Part shown: in pieces, positions 26,680 to 39,823 of the stretch
How the letters are laid out: each line of letters opens with the position of its first letter
Position numbering within the stretch: the first letter of the stretch is position 1
Source of the DNA: Podarcis erhardii
Lineage: Eukaryota
Reading direction: 5' to 3' (one strand)
Length of the DNA stretch: 64,000 nucleotides
NCBI GenBank assembly: GCA_964252035.1
Contig: OZ176204.1
Program-made: the position numbers and the translations under genes
Notes under the pieces: model-generated
What the model was told of the DNA's origin: nothing
The model's input: the letters and a program-made list of their open reading frames with translations, nothing else
Database searches by the model: none

Positions 26680-27273
26680 CCAGAGACTGTTTGCTCTTGG
26701 ACAGGTTGACCGTCAGCAGCTCATATTCCTCCTCCAGGACATCACTGGGGCCATTTTGGAGCAGGTGCTCTTGGTCAGCGGCCGGGGCGTCCTTGAAGAG
26801 CTGCTTCAGCTGGGGCCTACCTCTTCGGGGCCTGTTGACCGCAGAGTACAGGGTGTCCTTGGCAGGCTGGACGTCCCCATGTGGCCCCCAGACTGTGGCT
26901 TTCCCATGGCTTGACTTGGGTGTGCGAGGCCTCCCTCGGCCAGGCCGCCCGTCCCCTTGCTCTTGGGGTTGCCCCGCCTCTTCCCGAGGGGGTGCTGCTC
27001 GCGTGGGGCTCGCTGACATTTTTGCAGGCTTGCTTAGGAACCAGTGGGGCTGCCCACCGCCCCCAGCAGTTGAGGCGGAGATGCTGTGGGAGGCGTAGGC
27101 ATCCACTGGCACGTCGGGAAGAGGGGTATAGCCTCGGGGGTGAGTCCGTCTAGGGCTGGACGAGAGCTGCAGGCCTTTCATCCTATCCTTCAGCGCTGCT
27201 GCTGCTGCTTCCTCCACCTCCCCTCCTTTCTCCTTGCTGGTCACTGGCTTCAGGAGGAAGCTGCCCCGGAAAT
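26680..27273 (-). CDS. PDZD7: PDZD7 coding exon 14 (Pro/Arg-rich linker to start of PDZ3)
   Basis: Encodes DFRGSFLLKPV...PLPDVPVDAY...LTVNLSKSKQSL. 594 nt, phase 1-1. Confidence 0.9.
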
Positions 27274-28231
27274 CTGAAACCAGAATCACAGGATGTGACC
27301 ATCACCCGAGCAGCCCTCTCCTAGCAATCCTCAGAAAAAGGGAAAGCAACTTGGTGAGATGGGTCTAGTATCTGGATGCCTGAAGTGAACGTGGAAGGAA
27401 CCGTAGCTCCATGGGAGAGCATTTTCTCTGCATGCAGGTCTCAGGTTCAGTCCCTGGCTAGGAATGTTCCCTGCCTGACACCCGTGAGAACTGCTTCCAG
27501 TCAATACCAAGCTGTTTCTACACCTATGGTCTGGGTTTTAGGTAGCTTCCTCTGTCCCTAACTTGTGGAAAGGACTGGAAATGTGTGGTTGAAGTTGGCT
27601 AATACTTCCCAGTTCCTTGGTTGCACTGGAACTTCCATGCGGATAAGGATTTGTGAAATGGCAACCAACTTCAACCTTGTTCAAAACATAACATTTTGAG
27701 TTAATGTCGCCATACTGAATACAAAAGAAATGGTTGTCTCGACTATGCTTCCTCAGCTGAGATTTTTTGGAGTTGTGTGTGTGTGTGTGTTAGCAGGAAT
27801 CACAAATATGGCCCGTCCCATTGGTTACCACAATACCTATGTGCCATTCTTGGTTCCTAGGTAAGGAGCACGTCAGTCCAATGATCCCCCTCTTTGCAGA
27901 GCACTCTCTCTCCCTATGAGCAGAGGCTCACAGAAGATTTTCACCAGCCCTGCTGCCTGAGTTAACTGAACCAGAAGTGCCAGATATTTGGGCCTGACAC
28001 CCTCCTTTGCCAAACACACACCACATTTTGTAGAAACCCCAACGCTGCAACTAGAACATCTCTTGCAAATGAAATTAAATGTGCACATTCATGCCATCTG
28101 TGTTATAACTCACTCCCAAACTCAAACTCAAAGTCTTTCCCCCCACATTGATTCCTAAGGACAGTATTTTGGGAGGGCTACATTTAAGCACGGTGTGTGT
28201 GTGACCCCAAGGATGAAGGCTGGAGACTCAC

Positions 28232-28303
28232 CAGGCACTGGGGTGATGAGATGTCTCTTGGGAGGTGTTTCTTGCTGTGCTGGGCGGAGAGCAGGTGACC
28301 TCA
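28232..28303 (-). CDS. PDZD7: PDZD7 coding exon 13
   Basis: Encodes [24 protein letters not shown] (human, recalled: [24 protein letters not shown]). CAG / GTGAG; 72 nt. Confidence 0.92.
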
Positions 28304-29396
28304 CTGTGAAGAGGGAAAGGTGGACAAATTGAGCTTCATTTTCTTTTGCACAGTGACCTTAGGTGGCATGGTGGCCAGCCCTTCTTCCTGGCTACTTTCC
28401 TCTAAGAGGTTAATTTCTAGAGAAAAGGGGGCTTCCGGGGCTTCGGAAGTCAGGCCTTCTTCTTCTATAGAAGGCTTATTCACCCTACTCCCATGAGAGT
28501 ATTGTGTATATACATACACAAAGCTAAGCTCACACTCTGTGATGAAGGAGGATGTGCTATGTACATGTTCAGAAACTTCATCGTTCTTTGCATTAAGGAT
28601 GGGGGAACCTGAGGCCTTCCATATATTGCTGGACTCCATGTTCCATCAGCCTCAGCCACCGTGGCCAAGGATCTGGGATCTTGGGAGTTAGAGCCCAGCC
28701 CCATCTTCAAGGACCACATGTTTCCCTTCCCTGCTTTATGCAACTCCAGGCTCAGTTGCTGGCACTCAGGGTAGGTTGAAGGCACAACCGGCAGTGCAGA
28801 CTGGCAAGCCAAGGGACTGACTGGGGCCCCTAGATAGTCAAAGGGTCCACTGCCACTATTCTTACACTGCACGGGGCAATTGCTAGTTGCATGAATGGCA
28901 CGACATCCATTTTGCCCATGGGTGTAGCCAAGGAGGGCAGGGGGGCAGCTGCCCCCCCTAAATCAAGTAAATCAATAAAAAAACTAAGTTTCTGCCCCCT
29001 AACATGAAGCCTGCCCCTCCCCGCAACATAAATCCTGGCTTCACCCATGATTTTGTCTCTTGGTGCCAAGAAGAACTGAGCAGAAAAATCAACAGTCATT
29101 TGGAATAAATATTCAGATGGTTTGCAAGAAATGTTGATTCAGCTGAGCTCTCCCCAAATCACCCCATTTGCTTTCTTTTCAGGACAAATAAATAGACTGA
29201 AATAATCCTTTCCTCGTGGCAACCCTTTTAAATAGGAATGTTTTCCACCAACTGCTTCTAGCATCCATAAAATGAAAGAGAGCTTTGAGAAGCCCCCCCC
29301 CCAATCCATCACCCTCCCCCAATATAAAAGTAGGTGGGGGAGGGAAAGTGTCCCCCTCTTTCTTCCACCTGTGATCCTTGCTGGTTCCTTTCCCAC

Positions 29397-29488
29397 CTGT
29401 TCTGCTCTTCAGGGCATCATAGGCTTCGAGCTCCACCGGCACAACCATACTGTCAAAACGGCCCAGATCCGTGGGAGTGATCACACTC
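29397..29488 (-). CDS. PDZD7: PDZD7 coding exon 12
   Basis: Encodes [31 protein letters not shown]. Phases consistent with neighbours. Confidence 0.93.
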
Positions 29489-29729
29489 CTGTTAAAAAAA
29501 AAGTGGGAGAGAAGACTCGTGGGTGTCTGGTGGCTCACCTCTCTGCTCATGCAATGCAGCTGTTTTGGGGGAAGAACATGGCAAATAACCAAAGAGCACC
29601 AGAAGGAAGCAATGGTCACCCTGGGCAAGGCTGGGATGATGTGCGCTTCCCTCCTGTGCTCCCTCTCCCCACCCTCTGAGTTTAGTGGTGCAGTTCACCC
29701 TCCCACAGTTTATTGCTTCCTGTTCCTAC

Positions 29730-29821
29730 CTGATATCTCTGAGGAGAAGCAACTTTTCAGGCCGGTCGAGAATCGCCAGGAGTGGCCTCACCAGATCTTC
29801 CACCCCACTTTCTTGGATGTA
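29730..29821 (-). CDS. PDZD7: PDZD7 coding exon 11 (harmonin-N-like domain)
   Basis: Encodes [34 protein letters not shown] / GTAGG. Confidence 0.94.
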
Positions 29822-31853
29822 CTGTGTGTTGGGGAAAAAGTAACCATCAGCAGAGATCACCTGGCTATTCAGTTTGAAGCAGCAGCAGATCCCCTGATCC
29901 CCGTTACTACTCTTGTTGCCCAGCTCCCTCAAAAGGGAGCCCATCTTCCCCTAGGCTCAGTTGATGGGTGGGGAGTTTAATCCTGCTTTCTGTAGGGAAC
30001 TCTCTCCCAGGCTCTCTCCCAAGTAGGACTGAACTGCCTGGGCATCAATGGATGGCTTCAATCCAGCTTTCTGTTGGAATCCAGATGTGAGACAGGTGTT
30101 CATTTGGGGGAAATGGGGAGGCCTGGCAGGCCAAAACTGGGCCACAGACCAAAGGTGGTTCCCCCTCCCTGACCCAAAGTTGGACTCATATGCCTCATCC
30201 TAGCTTCAAGTGGGCAACGTGTGGCCCCAGCCCGCTGCAAGCAATCAGTTCAGACTTCTGACAAGAGTCAGGCTGGGAGGGGAGACAGAGAACAAGGCAT
30301 GTCAGAGATACAGTGTGGTGCTGCTGTCACAGAAAGAGCCCAAGAAAATGGGCAGCTACCCCACATTGGGCTCTGCTTCTTCCCATTGCTGGTTTCAGCG
30401 CTGCCCACCATTTGTAAGTGGCCCTCAACAGATTACTCCCAAGGGAGTGTGACCCTTGACAGGAAAGTCTAAGAGAATACAGACAGTGGACCTATCTGCA
30501 GACTGAGCCATTTTAATCAGAATGCTATCCTTAAACATTTTAATAAAGCATTTCAAGGTTGCAGTCCTAGACACACGAGAATGTAACACCCACCCACCGT
30601 GAACACAATTCAACATGCATAGGGCTGAATTGCATGCTTGGAGGTGGAAGTCTTTATTAGTTTATAGGATTCCTGATAAGCGATAAGTAATCCTGCCCTT
30701 AGCGGTCTTAGCAAAAAGAAACCCGTTTCAGGGTGGCTGCTGCATCAGGCTATCAAGCAATCCTCTCCCTGCCCTAGTTTCATTTGTCCCTCTCTGCACG
30801 AAGATTAGTGCCCCCCCTCTCTTGGGCTTCACAGAAGCAATCTTGGGAATGAGTTTCAACAATGTGCTAGCTCAGAGCTCCCTCTAGTGGCACATCAAAG
30901 GCCAACAGGAATGGTGAGAAGTGGGAGGTACCAAACTGGTGAGGGCAAACAAGTGTCCCAGAAAAACCAGGACATCACATTTTTTCTCACAAGAGGACAC
31001 TGGCCTTTTTGGGTGCTGTGACCTCACGCAATTACGCACAGCAACCTCCCCCATCTTGCATGGCACCCATGCCCAAAAAGCACTGGGGTTTTTTTGGGGG
31101 GGGGGATTGCAGTACAAAATGGTGCAAGATCAAAGCACCAAAAATGGCCGCTGTCCTCTGGTGAAAAAAAAAAAGGGAAGATGGCATCCCGGTTTTTGCC
31201 TTTGATGCATTGGAGGGTATGTAAGACCTTCAAAGCTGCAGTGAAGGTTGGATTGCCAGACATGCCAATGCCTGCTTTGCCCTACCAGATTTTCACCCTA
31301 AACCTGCACAGAATAGGCTCCAAATAAAAGCAAGCAAACCAACTGTGGCCACAAACACTCTTACTCCACTTTAAGAGTCGTGTCTCTCCCCCCCCCCCAA
31401 AAAAAGTCCTGGGAACTCTAGTTTGTTAAGGGAGCTAAGAACTGTTTGAAGATTTTCAACACATCACAAATCTCAGGATTCTTTGGTGGGGAAGCCATGA
31501 CACTTAAAGCAAAATGAGAGGCTCTTAGTTAAATGAATGCAATGGGTGCAGACCAAAGCCTGCCAAACCATGTGCCAGAGTGAGACAAAACACAAGAGCC
31601 TCATGTTGGACCATCCTGTTAATCGTCCTGTTTGGCACAGTAGTCACCAACCTGCTGCTTCTGGGAAGCCTGTCAGCAACAGAACAAATGGGATGCTTTA
31701 AAGCACAGCCTTACAGAAGAGAGGTGCAAACGTAACTGAAGGCAGAGTGAGGCAACTATAGCTCATAAGTTGTTGCAAGACATTTCACAATCAAGGGAGA
31801 AATTGGCCCATTCAGGCACCATGGCACACATGGCAGCTGTCCTCCATCCTTAC

Positions 31854-32011
31854 CCGAGTGCAGTGTCTCAGCACAGCTGCTACTTCATCCTCCATCAGCA
31901 GCTTCCTGGCCATGTCTTCAATAAGCAGCAGGTGGCTCTCAGTGACTTTGCTGCGCTCCGTGCCATTGTACTGGGGAGAGGAGCCCAAGGAGGGGAAAAG
32001 GCGGCCTTTTT
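31854..32011 (-). CDS. PDZD7: PDZD7 coding exon 10
   Basis: Encodes EKGRLFPSLG...LLIEDMARKLLMEDEVAAVLRHCTR. CAG / GTAAG. Confidence 0.9.
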
Positions 32012-32389
32012 CTGGGAGGGGCACCACAGAAAGTCAGTGCAAAAACATAATCCGGGAATAACAAACCATGAGGCCATTAGCCACCTGGAACCACAAGCCT
32101 GAAATGTACGCATGCACTTGAAATCTTTTGTCTGTGGGTAACTACTGGCATTGCACATGCAAGTTATTCTGTACCCACAAGTACCCCAGTGTAGATGAAG
32201 ATGGTCAGGGTGCTGGATTTGGATGTGGGATGTTCAGGTGTTGTACATTCACAGCTGAGAAAGGAAAGGCATGAAGAAGTAGCAATTGATAGCAACACAC
32301 ACACACACACACACGGGTTTCCAAAGGCATGCTCACGCAAAGCTACATGCTTGTTGGCCAAGGCACGGCATGCCTTCCTGCTCAGTTAC

Positions 32390-32431
32390 CCCGTCTCAGA
32401 GTGCGGGTGACAATCTTCTGTACGACGCTAA
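32390..32431 (-). CDS. PDZD7: PDZD7 coding exon 9 (42-nt mini-exon)
   Basis: Encodes VSVVQKIVTRTLRR, similar to the recalled human VGPVQKFVTWRLRR. Strong polypyrimidine tract + CAG, donor GTAAC; phase 1-1. Confidence 0.75.
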
Positions 32432-34148
32432 CTGCAGGCAAGAGGGTGAGATGGGAAGAAAGAGCAAAGACAAATAGTTTGGAATCTGTAGTGGAGAAGG
32501 GCAAATTGGAGGGAAGCGGGGGCCATTTTGGACTGGTCTCTGCTCTGTCGGATGAAAAGGGAGAAAAGGAAAACTACTGCCATTCTGCCTTTTGGAGAAG
32601 TGTTTTTTTCCCCACAATTTGTGCAAGTCTGACAGACAATGCTGTCTGTACCACCTACTGGCTCCTACAGATTGTTTTATGTGTGTGTTCTTCAACCAGT
32701 CATGGTGGAATAATTGTGCATTAGTGATGGGTTTATACCGGGCCATCCACACATCTTTCTGCTTTCTTAGTTGTCCTGCGATGTTTCCCCAATGTTAGTG
32801 CATTCTTACCATATAGAGGGGCACGTCTGCGTCTAGTACAACACAAGTGAAATGATGCCCCCCCCCCACTCCAAACATTTGTGGTGTGAAAAGTTACAGG
32901 ATTTCAGCAGCGAGTTACAGAATGTGCACTGACTGCACAAAGCAGTATGCACGCCTTGGACCTTTGCAAGTGCAAACAGCAGCAAAAGCAGAAGGGTGTA
33001 TGACTGCCCCAATAGCATCACGAGCACAAATAATCACAGAAAAGATGCCTGAAGAAGACCATATTCCCTCATGGTCACACCTTCCAGGGCCCACATACCA
33101 GTGGTGGGTGTGGCCAAAATGTATTACTGCACTTCAAAGGACCCAGCCCAGCCAGGTAAAATAACTAGACAAGAGCACGGAGCAGGGCCTGAGCAGAGTT
33201 TCTGAGGACCAGAGAGAGCGAGATCTGGAGAAGGGGCCACATCTGGCTCCTGGCCCTGAGGCTCCTCCCCCCTGACATAGGGAGGCAGGCCAGTATACAG
33301 TACAATTCTCTGTGCCACATTTCCCCATGTTTCGACTTTTCCTGACACTTCCAGTTTAGTGATGAAATGCTGAAGCAAGGGTTATGACAACTTGTTCTGC
33401 CAAATGTAACCTCCAGAGGATTAATGTGCCTCACAGACAGACTCTGGCCACCTTCCTGCCTGTAGACAGACTCCTGCTCTAGCTGCTTCACATCAAAGCA
33501 TCTGCATTTGGCAAATGCACTTCCATTGTGCTCCCTTGTTGCTTGGGGCAAGAACCTCCCAACCAGTAGAAAGGATGAAAGGCCAAATGGAAAAGCCCTT
33601 AGCACAGAATGGAAGATGCTGTTTCTCAGTGCTCTACTAAATGAACCAACAGCCCAGTCTACGTCCACCTGGTAAAATGGGCCCCTAATCTTGGCTAGGC
33701 CAGATTCCGGGGCCTTCTCTTTTGGTCATGGTTTGCGGAGAGAAATGGACAGCCAAGAAAGGAACAGAAATTCTCCAGCTCAGCTGTTGATATAAATAGG
33801 AATGGTGATTGGTTCCGCTGCCTGCTGGCTGGCAATCACATTCAGGCTGTGTACACACTATAAGCTTTAAAGCACATTCAAAACACACTCTTGCCCTTTC
33901 TGAGTATTGTAGTTAAGGGTCACTGGGAATTTTAACTCTGTGAGGGGAAATGCTCACACACTTGACAATCTATTATTTCCCTGCTTCTGTCCCTGCCCAA
34001 TAAAGGGGGAAAGCCTTGTAGTTAAAGGTTCCCTTCTCCCCACCAAAAATCTCAGTGGATCTTGCTGCCATGCGCAAGTTTACAATCAAGCAGGACCAGA
34101 GTACTGTGTTCTCTGGAGGATGCTAAAAACAGGACATCTTTTTGTTAC

Positions 34149-34334
34149 CTTTCTCGCCATCAGACCGCGCTGGCGATTTGGACCGCCTCTGTGTCTCTGG
34201 TGACCCAGCTGCCGAGCTTGGCTTCCCTGTCCGGGTGCTTTTAAAGAACAGGTTCATGAGGGTTTTGGAGCGCTGGAGCGTGGCCTTCTTCTCCGGGGAG
34301 ACCGGCTTCTCTTTCTTCCTCTGGCGTTTCTCCT
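34149..34334 (-). CDS. PDZD7: PDZD7 coding exon 8
   Basis: Encodes EEKRQRKKEKPVSPEKKATLQRSKTLMNLFFK...DGEK. CAG / GTAAC. Confidence 0.92.
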
Positions 34335-35225
34335 CTGGGGCAAGAATCCAAAAGTCATACCTGAAGATCACAGCCGTGGGATAACCCAAAATCTGATCCT
34401 TCCCCACTCCAGCCCCATTGACAGTGTATTGTGGGTACCATTTTAAGAAGGAGAAGAAAAGGTATCTGATTATGTAACTTTCTGACTCTGCCTGTTAAAA
34501 GGGGGCCAGAAACCTTCTGCATGATGGAACAAAATGCACAGACCAGTATCTTTCAGATGTGCCATGGGATTTTCTCCTCTCTGCCTACATACTAAGGACC
34601 AGGACTGTTTAGCAATAAGGTACATTTTCAGAACTCCCTACTGGAGAAGTGGTCAATCAAATCCCTGTGGATAGGCTGCAAGCTGGACAGGAACACAACA
34701 GCACTCTGCCCACCTGCGATTCCCAGCAGCTGATATTCAGAGGTGTAATGTCTCTGACAGCGGAGGTAGAACACAACCATGGCTAGTAGCCACTGATAGA
34801 CTTATCTTCCATGAATTTGGCCAATCCTCTTCTCTTTGCTTTATCCCTCTCTCCTTCTTCCTCCATGAAATTATTTCCTGGGTCCACATTTAATATTTGA
34901 CATCAAAATAATGTTGCATTAATGTAGAATGAAACGGGGAGGGAAACTGCAACCCTCCTGATTTATACTACATTATTGCTATTATTGCTATAATGATAAT
35001 GATGATAACAGCAGCAGCAATCTCAATTCTCTCAGTATTTATGTAGTCAAAACAGAAAGGTACCCCTATCACCCCAGTGGCTCAATAAAGACTGAGCATG
35101 CTCAGTGTGCATGGAATGCTCCCTGGGGGGAAACGGGACATGGGGAGGGCGACTGGAAGGAGTACCTAGAATCCTGTTGCAGTTTCCATGAACCATGGTA
35201 CGAATAATGGTCCCATGGCACCTAC

Positions 35226-35696
35226 CATAAATGGTCAGATAGCTCTGCGATCTCTTGATGGGCTGTCGTGGACGGCTGAGTGCCAGAAGGAGGGCAGTTT
35301 TAGGGGAGGGGTCTGTTGTCTCTCTGCTGGCAAAGGGCCGGTGCTTCTTCAAGCGGAAGGACTCTTTGAGGCTCTCGGTACGGATGGCGGTGTCTTTCAG
35401 GATCTTCATGGGCTCCACAACCCGTCGGGTCTCCATCACCAGACTCCCCGAATAGGAGGCACCGTCCGACAGCGGATCAGTCTGCATGGCGGTCTCTGCT
35501 CTCTCCAAGGTGTGTCTCTGGACTGGCAGTTCAGCAGAGATGCCAACATCCACCATGCAACTTTGTGCTGCTGAGCTGGGGATCGGGGCCATGAACAGGC
35601 CATTCATGGAGCTGAAGGGGGTCCCTGAGGAGTAGGATGATGCAGAGGAGCTGGATTCCGAGGTCTGGGACAGCTCCTGCAACTGGCCATTGGTCA
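35226..35696 (-). CDS. PDZD7: PDZD7 coding exon 7
   Basis: Encodes LTNGQLQELSQTSESSSS...AETAMQTD...ILKDTAIR...SPKTALLLALSRPRQPIKRSQSYLTIY. CAG / GTAGG. Confidence 0.93.
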
Positions 35697-35708
35697 CTGT
35701 GTGGAGCA

Positions 35709-35709
<1 letters not shown>

Positions 35710-35752
<43 letters not shown>
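35710..35752. repeat. (GA)n microsatellite, 13 nt upstream of the PDZD7 exon 7 boundary
   Basis: Direct reading; one gaca interruption. Confidence 0.95.
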
Positions 35753-35756
<4 letters not shown>

Positions 35757-36033
35757 GAGCATTATAGGAGTCTTTCTTGTTTTGACAATCCATGTTAGTA
35801 TAATAAATGCACAGAAGCTACCCATTATTGCACACAGGCCAAATGACTTACATTGCTTTTGTTGTGGGAATATTGCATTTCCACAGCAAGGAATGTGCTA
35901 CAACTTTGTATCTGGGGAAAAACAACAACCCCAATTGTTGTGCCAGATAGTTCAAGCACTGCTATTATTATTGCTGTGTGGAATGAGATTATGAGTGTGC
36001 CATGGATACCCACCTGATACTGAGTTAGATGTA

Positions 36034-36515
36034 CAGTGGTACCTTGGTTCTCAAATGCCTTGGTACTCAAACAACTTGGAGCCCAAACACTGCAAACCCG
36101 GCAGTAAGTGTTCTGGTTTGTGAACTGTTTTCGAAAGCCAAACATGCTCCGTTTGGAGTGCCACACTTCCGTTTTGAGTGTTACGCTGAGGTCTGTCTAT
36201 TTTTGCTATTTATTTTGCGTTTTTGTTTTTGTGGCTCTTTTTTGTTTTTGTGACTGTGTGGAACCCAGTTCAGCTACTGATTGATCGATTGTGTGACTGC
36301 AGTACATTGTTTATTGCTTTCATTTTATGGATCAGTGGTCTCATTAGACAGTAAAATTCATGTTAAACTGCTGTTTTAGGAGTTGTTTTTAAAAGTCTGG
36401 AATGGATTAATCCATTTTGCATTACTTTATGGGAAAGCACACCTTGGTTTTGGAACGCTTTAGTTTTGGAACGGACTTCTGGAATGGATCAAGTTTGAGA
36501 ACCAAGGTACCACTG
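36034..36515. mobile_element. Tc1/mariner-superfamily (pogo/Tigger-like) MITE, 482 bp
   Basis: Perfect 22-bp TIRs CAGTGGTACCTTGGTTCTCAAA / TTTGAGAACCAAGGTACCACTG, flanked by TA at 36032-36033 and 36516-36517. Confidence 0.9.
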
Positions 36516-36913
36516 TACCAATGTCCTGACTCACTATTAGGCAGCTTCCTATGCTCCTCTGAACTGCTGTTTTCTTTCTTCGTGCAACAGACTCATAGAT
36601 CTATGCTTTTACAAGCATGTCCTTAAGGGTGAAAATGCCAACTGGGAGGAGAGAATTTGAGCTCCATCAACAATGGTCTGTGCAACACAGCACCCACTCC
36701 TGGGCTATTCTTTCTGCATGTTTTGTCTTTTGATGACACTGCATTCTTTGCAAACAGCCCAAACACAAGGGTGAGGGAGGAAGGAGGGTTGTTTTCTGAA
36801 ATGCAAGGAGGGAAAGCAATTTGCTTGCAGGATGCCCTGGCACTCCTTACTCATCCTTAGCAAAGCAACATCCAGCATATTAATGTAGACAGAAAATTGC
36901 ATTTGTGTCTTAC

Positions 36914-36974
36914 ATCTGTTGAGCCAGCAATACTCAGCCACCATTTCCTTGTATGCAGGGAACCTCCCCGTCTC
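36914..36974 (-). CDS. PDZD7: PDZD7 coding exon 6
   Basis: Encodes ETGRFPAYKEMVAEYCWLNR. TAG / GTAAG; 61 nt. Confidence 0.93.
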
Positions 36975-37336
36975 CTAGATGGAAAGCACAGAAGAGAGAC
37001 ACAACACGTCATGGGATCATTTGCTGCCTGCCCAGCACTGAGCGGTGTCTTCAGAGGCTAACCCGATCCCAGGCGGAGAGACACTTTGATAAATAATGCA
37101 TCCCCCACTGCCAGGTCCCTTCCCAGCTGAAACTGAATCTGCTAAGTCTCAAGAGTCTGGGTCCCACAGCGTCTTGGGGAGGGAGTTGCTGGGCATCACA
37201 GAAGGCAGCAAGAAAGAGAATTCAGTGCTGCTGCTTTGGCAAGCAGCTTCTTAGAGGGCATGGTCTCTTTTTTGGGACACTTTTAGCAGAAATGGAGGGC
37301 TTCTGCTTTCCACCTCTAGCAGCTACCACTTCCTAA

Positions 37337-37678
37337 GGGCTCATCAACACTTTCGCTTCACCCGTATTTTTTACTTTCTTTCCACTTGACCGGTATTTTG
37401 ATTGTATTTTATACCAGTTAATTCGCCCTGATTCAAGAGCTTTCTTCTTTGTTTTGTAGCCATGTCTTGTAAAAATCTTGCCCATTGAATCAGATCTCAT
37501 TAGATGTGTGGAAAATCCAAAGAGAGATTTTGCTTAACTGAGCTTCAGTTCAGTGGGTAAGATCAGATTTTTGCTAGGGACAGCTGCAGAACAACGAGAA
37601 AAGCTCTCAAACCCTGGGGAATTAATGGGTACACGATATGATCAAAAATAAGGGTCAAGCAAAAGTGTGGATCAGCCC
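37337..37678. mobile_element. PIF/Harbinger-like MITE
   Basis: Imperfect TIRs GGGCTCATCAACACTTT / (rc) GGGCTGATCCACACTTT, 15 of 17 matching. TAA on the left flank; right TSD not clean. Confidence 0.5.
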
Positions 37679-38009
37679 TTTATCAAAATAGTAGTCTTTG
37701 CTCCCTGGCCCTTTGTAGCCTGCTTATTTATAAAGTGCCATTTTCCTAGGCCAGGGTGCCATGCTCTCTGCTAAGCCATAGAAAGGATGTATCCTATGTC
37801 TGGCTAGGTAGAGAAAGAGATTACACCTGTAGGAAGCTGACTATGGGAGCTGGTGAGAACTCTGACAGCATCCAGCAATCAGGATATTGGTGCCTCGTCT
37901 CATGGCCCTAACCTCCCACAGTAATGGGACCACTGGGTCATCCTCCCATAGAGTAGCACCCCTTCCTATCCCAATCTTGGCCCAGCACTTGGCAAGGTAC
38001 AGGCCTCAC

Positions 38010-38157
38010 CTTGATGGTCAGCATGATGTGGGTCTGCCCCTTTAGCACTTCCACTGCCTTGCTATGGCTGATGTCATCAAACTTGACTCCGTTGGCTGCA
38101 AGGACTTGGTCGCCGACCTTGACCCCATGAAGCTCAGCAAGCCCGCCGGGATCCACT
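38010..38157 (-). CDS. PDZD7: PDZD7 coding exon 5 (PDZ2)
   Basis: Encodes [52 protein letters not shown] / GTGAG. Confidence 0.95.
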
Positions 38158-39823
38158 CTGGGAACGATACAACATTAGGATGATTATTCTTGAATGGGAA
38201 CAGTGAGGCTTTGGGCAGGTATACAAGGCATTCCAAGTCAAGTGAACAGGACAAGGGGAACTAGAACGTGTTCTTGGCCAACAGAGAGGGGAAGCTGTCA
38301 GAGGGTTGGGCCTAATGACCCTTTGGGTCTTTCCAGCTCTCCAGTCCCAGGATTCTATGACAATAAGGGTGGTAACAGCTCTGGTTCCTCCTAGCACAAC
38401 TGGAAGGCATGTCCCTCTAAGGCACTTTCCCTCATGGCTCTCAAAGGAGAATGAGGTGTTAAGAATGGACTCTGAAAACAGAAGAGCCTTTTTTACCTTC
38501 TCTTTAGATTATGGTTACCAGATTTTTTTCAATGAATCCGGGGATACTTTTTTTTTTTGGGAAGCTGATTTAGCAACAGGGAGTCAGTAGTGGGGATGGT
38601 GAGGCAAAAGACCCTGGGCCCAAGCACACATGCATATTGTATAAAGGTGCAAAGCCCTTCTTTCTCACCCTGAGAAACATAAATGCGCAGAGTTTTTAAA
38701 AAACTGGGCAATGGCTGCCCAGCCTCCCCCGATCTGTCAAAACAAAAGGGGAAGGGGGCGGGAGATCGGGGGAGTCATGGGTGTGCGATGCACCATTGCC
38801 CAGTTTTTTAAAAAAGTCTGCACATTTAGGCTTCACGAAAGAAGGGCTTTGCACCTTGCCCGGCAGAGAAATCGCGCGCCTTGCGCCGCTCCTGTGCAAC
38901 GGCCACCTGCCTGCTAACAGGCTGGCTCCGGGCTGCTGAGGCTGCCACGTTTCCTGGGGACAAATTTGCAAATCTGGGGACATTCTGGGGATGGAATTTG
39001 TCTGGGGAAAGATTTGCAAATCCGGGGATTAGATTGGAGGTAACAGCCAGGATGTGAGTGACTCCTTCTAATAAATTCACCAATGGCTCAGTAAATTATT
39101 GAAATGACCCAGCTTTTAAACTAATTGTGGAAGATTGGCATAGGCCCCGTAAATGTATTCAGAGCTGAAGATTATTTGTCCCCAGATCATAGAAAGCCAT
39201 GGATCAAATCTAATGATGTGGTCATGCTACAGAAGGTGACATCAGCTGTGGCTTCTCTGAGGCTGCATGCATTTGGGACTGAACAAACTTGATTGAAAAA
39301 GTCTAAATACAAGAGGCAAGAGGGCTGCTACAGTCGCATACAAATGCTACATAGACACAAGATAATACTACAGACATAAGATATGGCCATTTTACTCTAG
39401 ATTAATTAACCTGAAAGAAGGATCTATATTTGGTATCAAATTCAAATAAGATTGAATAACCATTACACTCACAGCCCTGTACCAAAAGAGTGGGGGGAAA
39501 TCTACCTTTTTCTCATGATATACCTAACCCAATTTTACATTTAAAATGTGGATCAAGGCTGTTAAAGAGCACCTATTAAACAGATCCATTAAGTTCAATA
39601 AGATTTACACCATAAACCATAAACGTGCATAATTGAGGTTCAAGCTAGCTCTGGCAGTTTATTCTGCTGCTTGCAAAGTGAGCAAGGATAGCAACCAAAA
39701 CAAGTTCTACAATGTACTACTGTATTTCTACAAATACAGTACATATCGTATCATTATGGCTGGAGCTTCTTAATAGAAATGGTTTCTATTAAGTATTATG
39801 CAGGGATAGTAAACCTAATCTTA

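Noticed and set aside
33670-33783. Exon-like segment in PDZD7 intron 8 (CAG acceptor, GT donor) as a possible short-isoform terminal exon
   Set aside because: In-frame TAG after about 29 codons, no homology I can recognise, and no transcript support.
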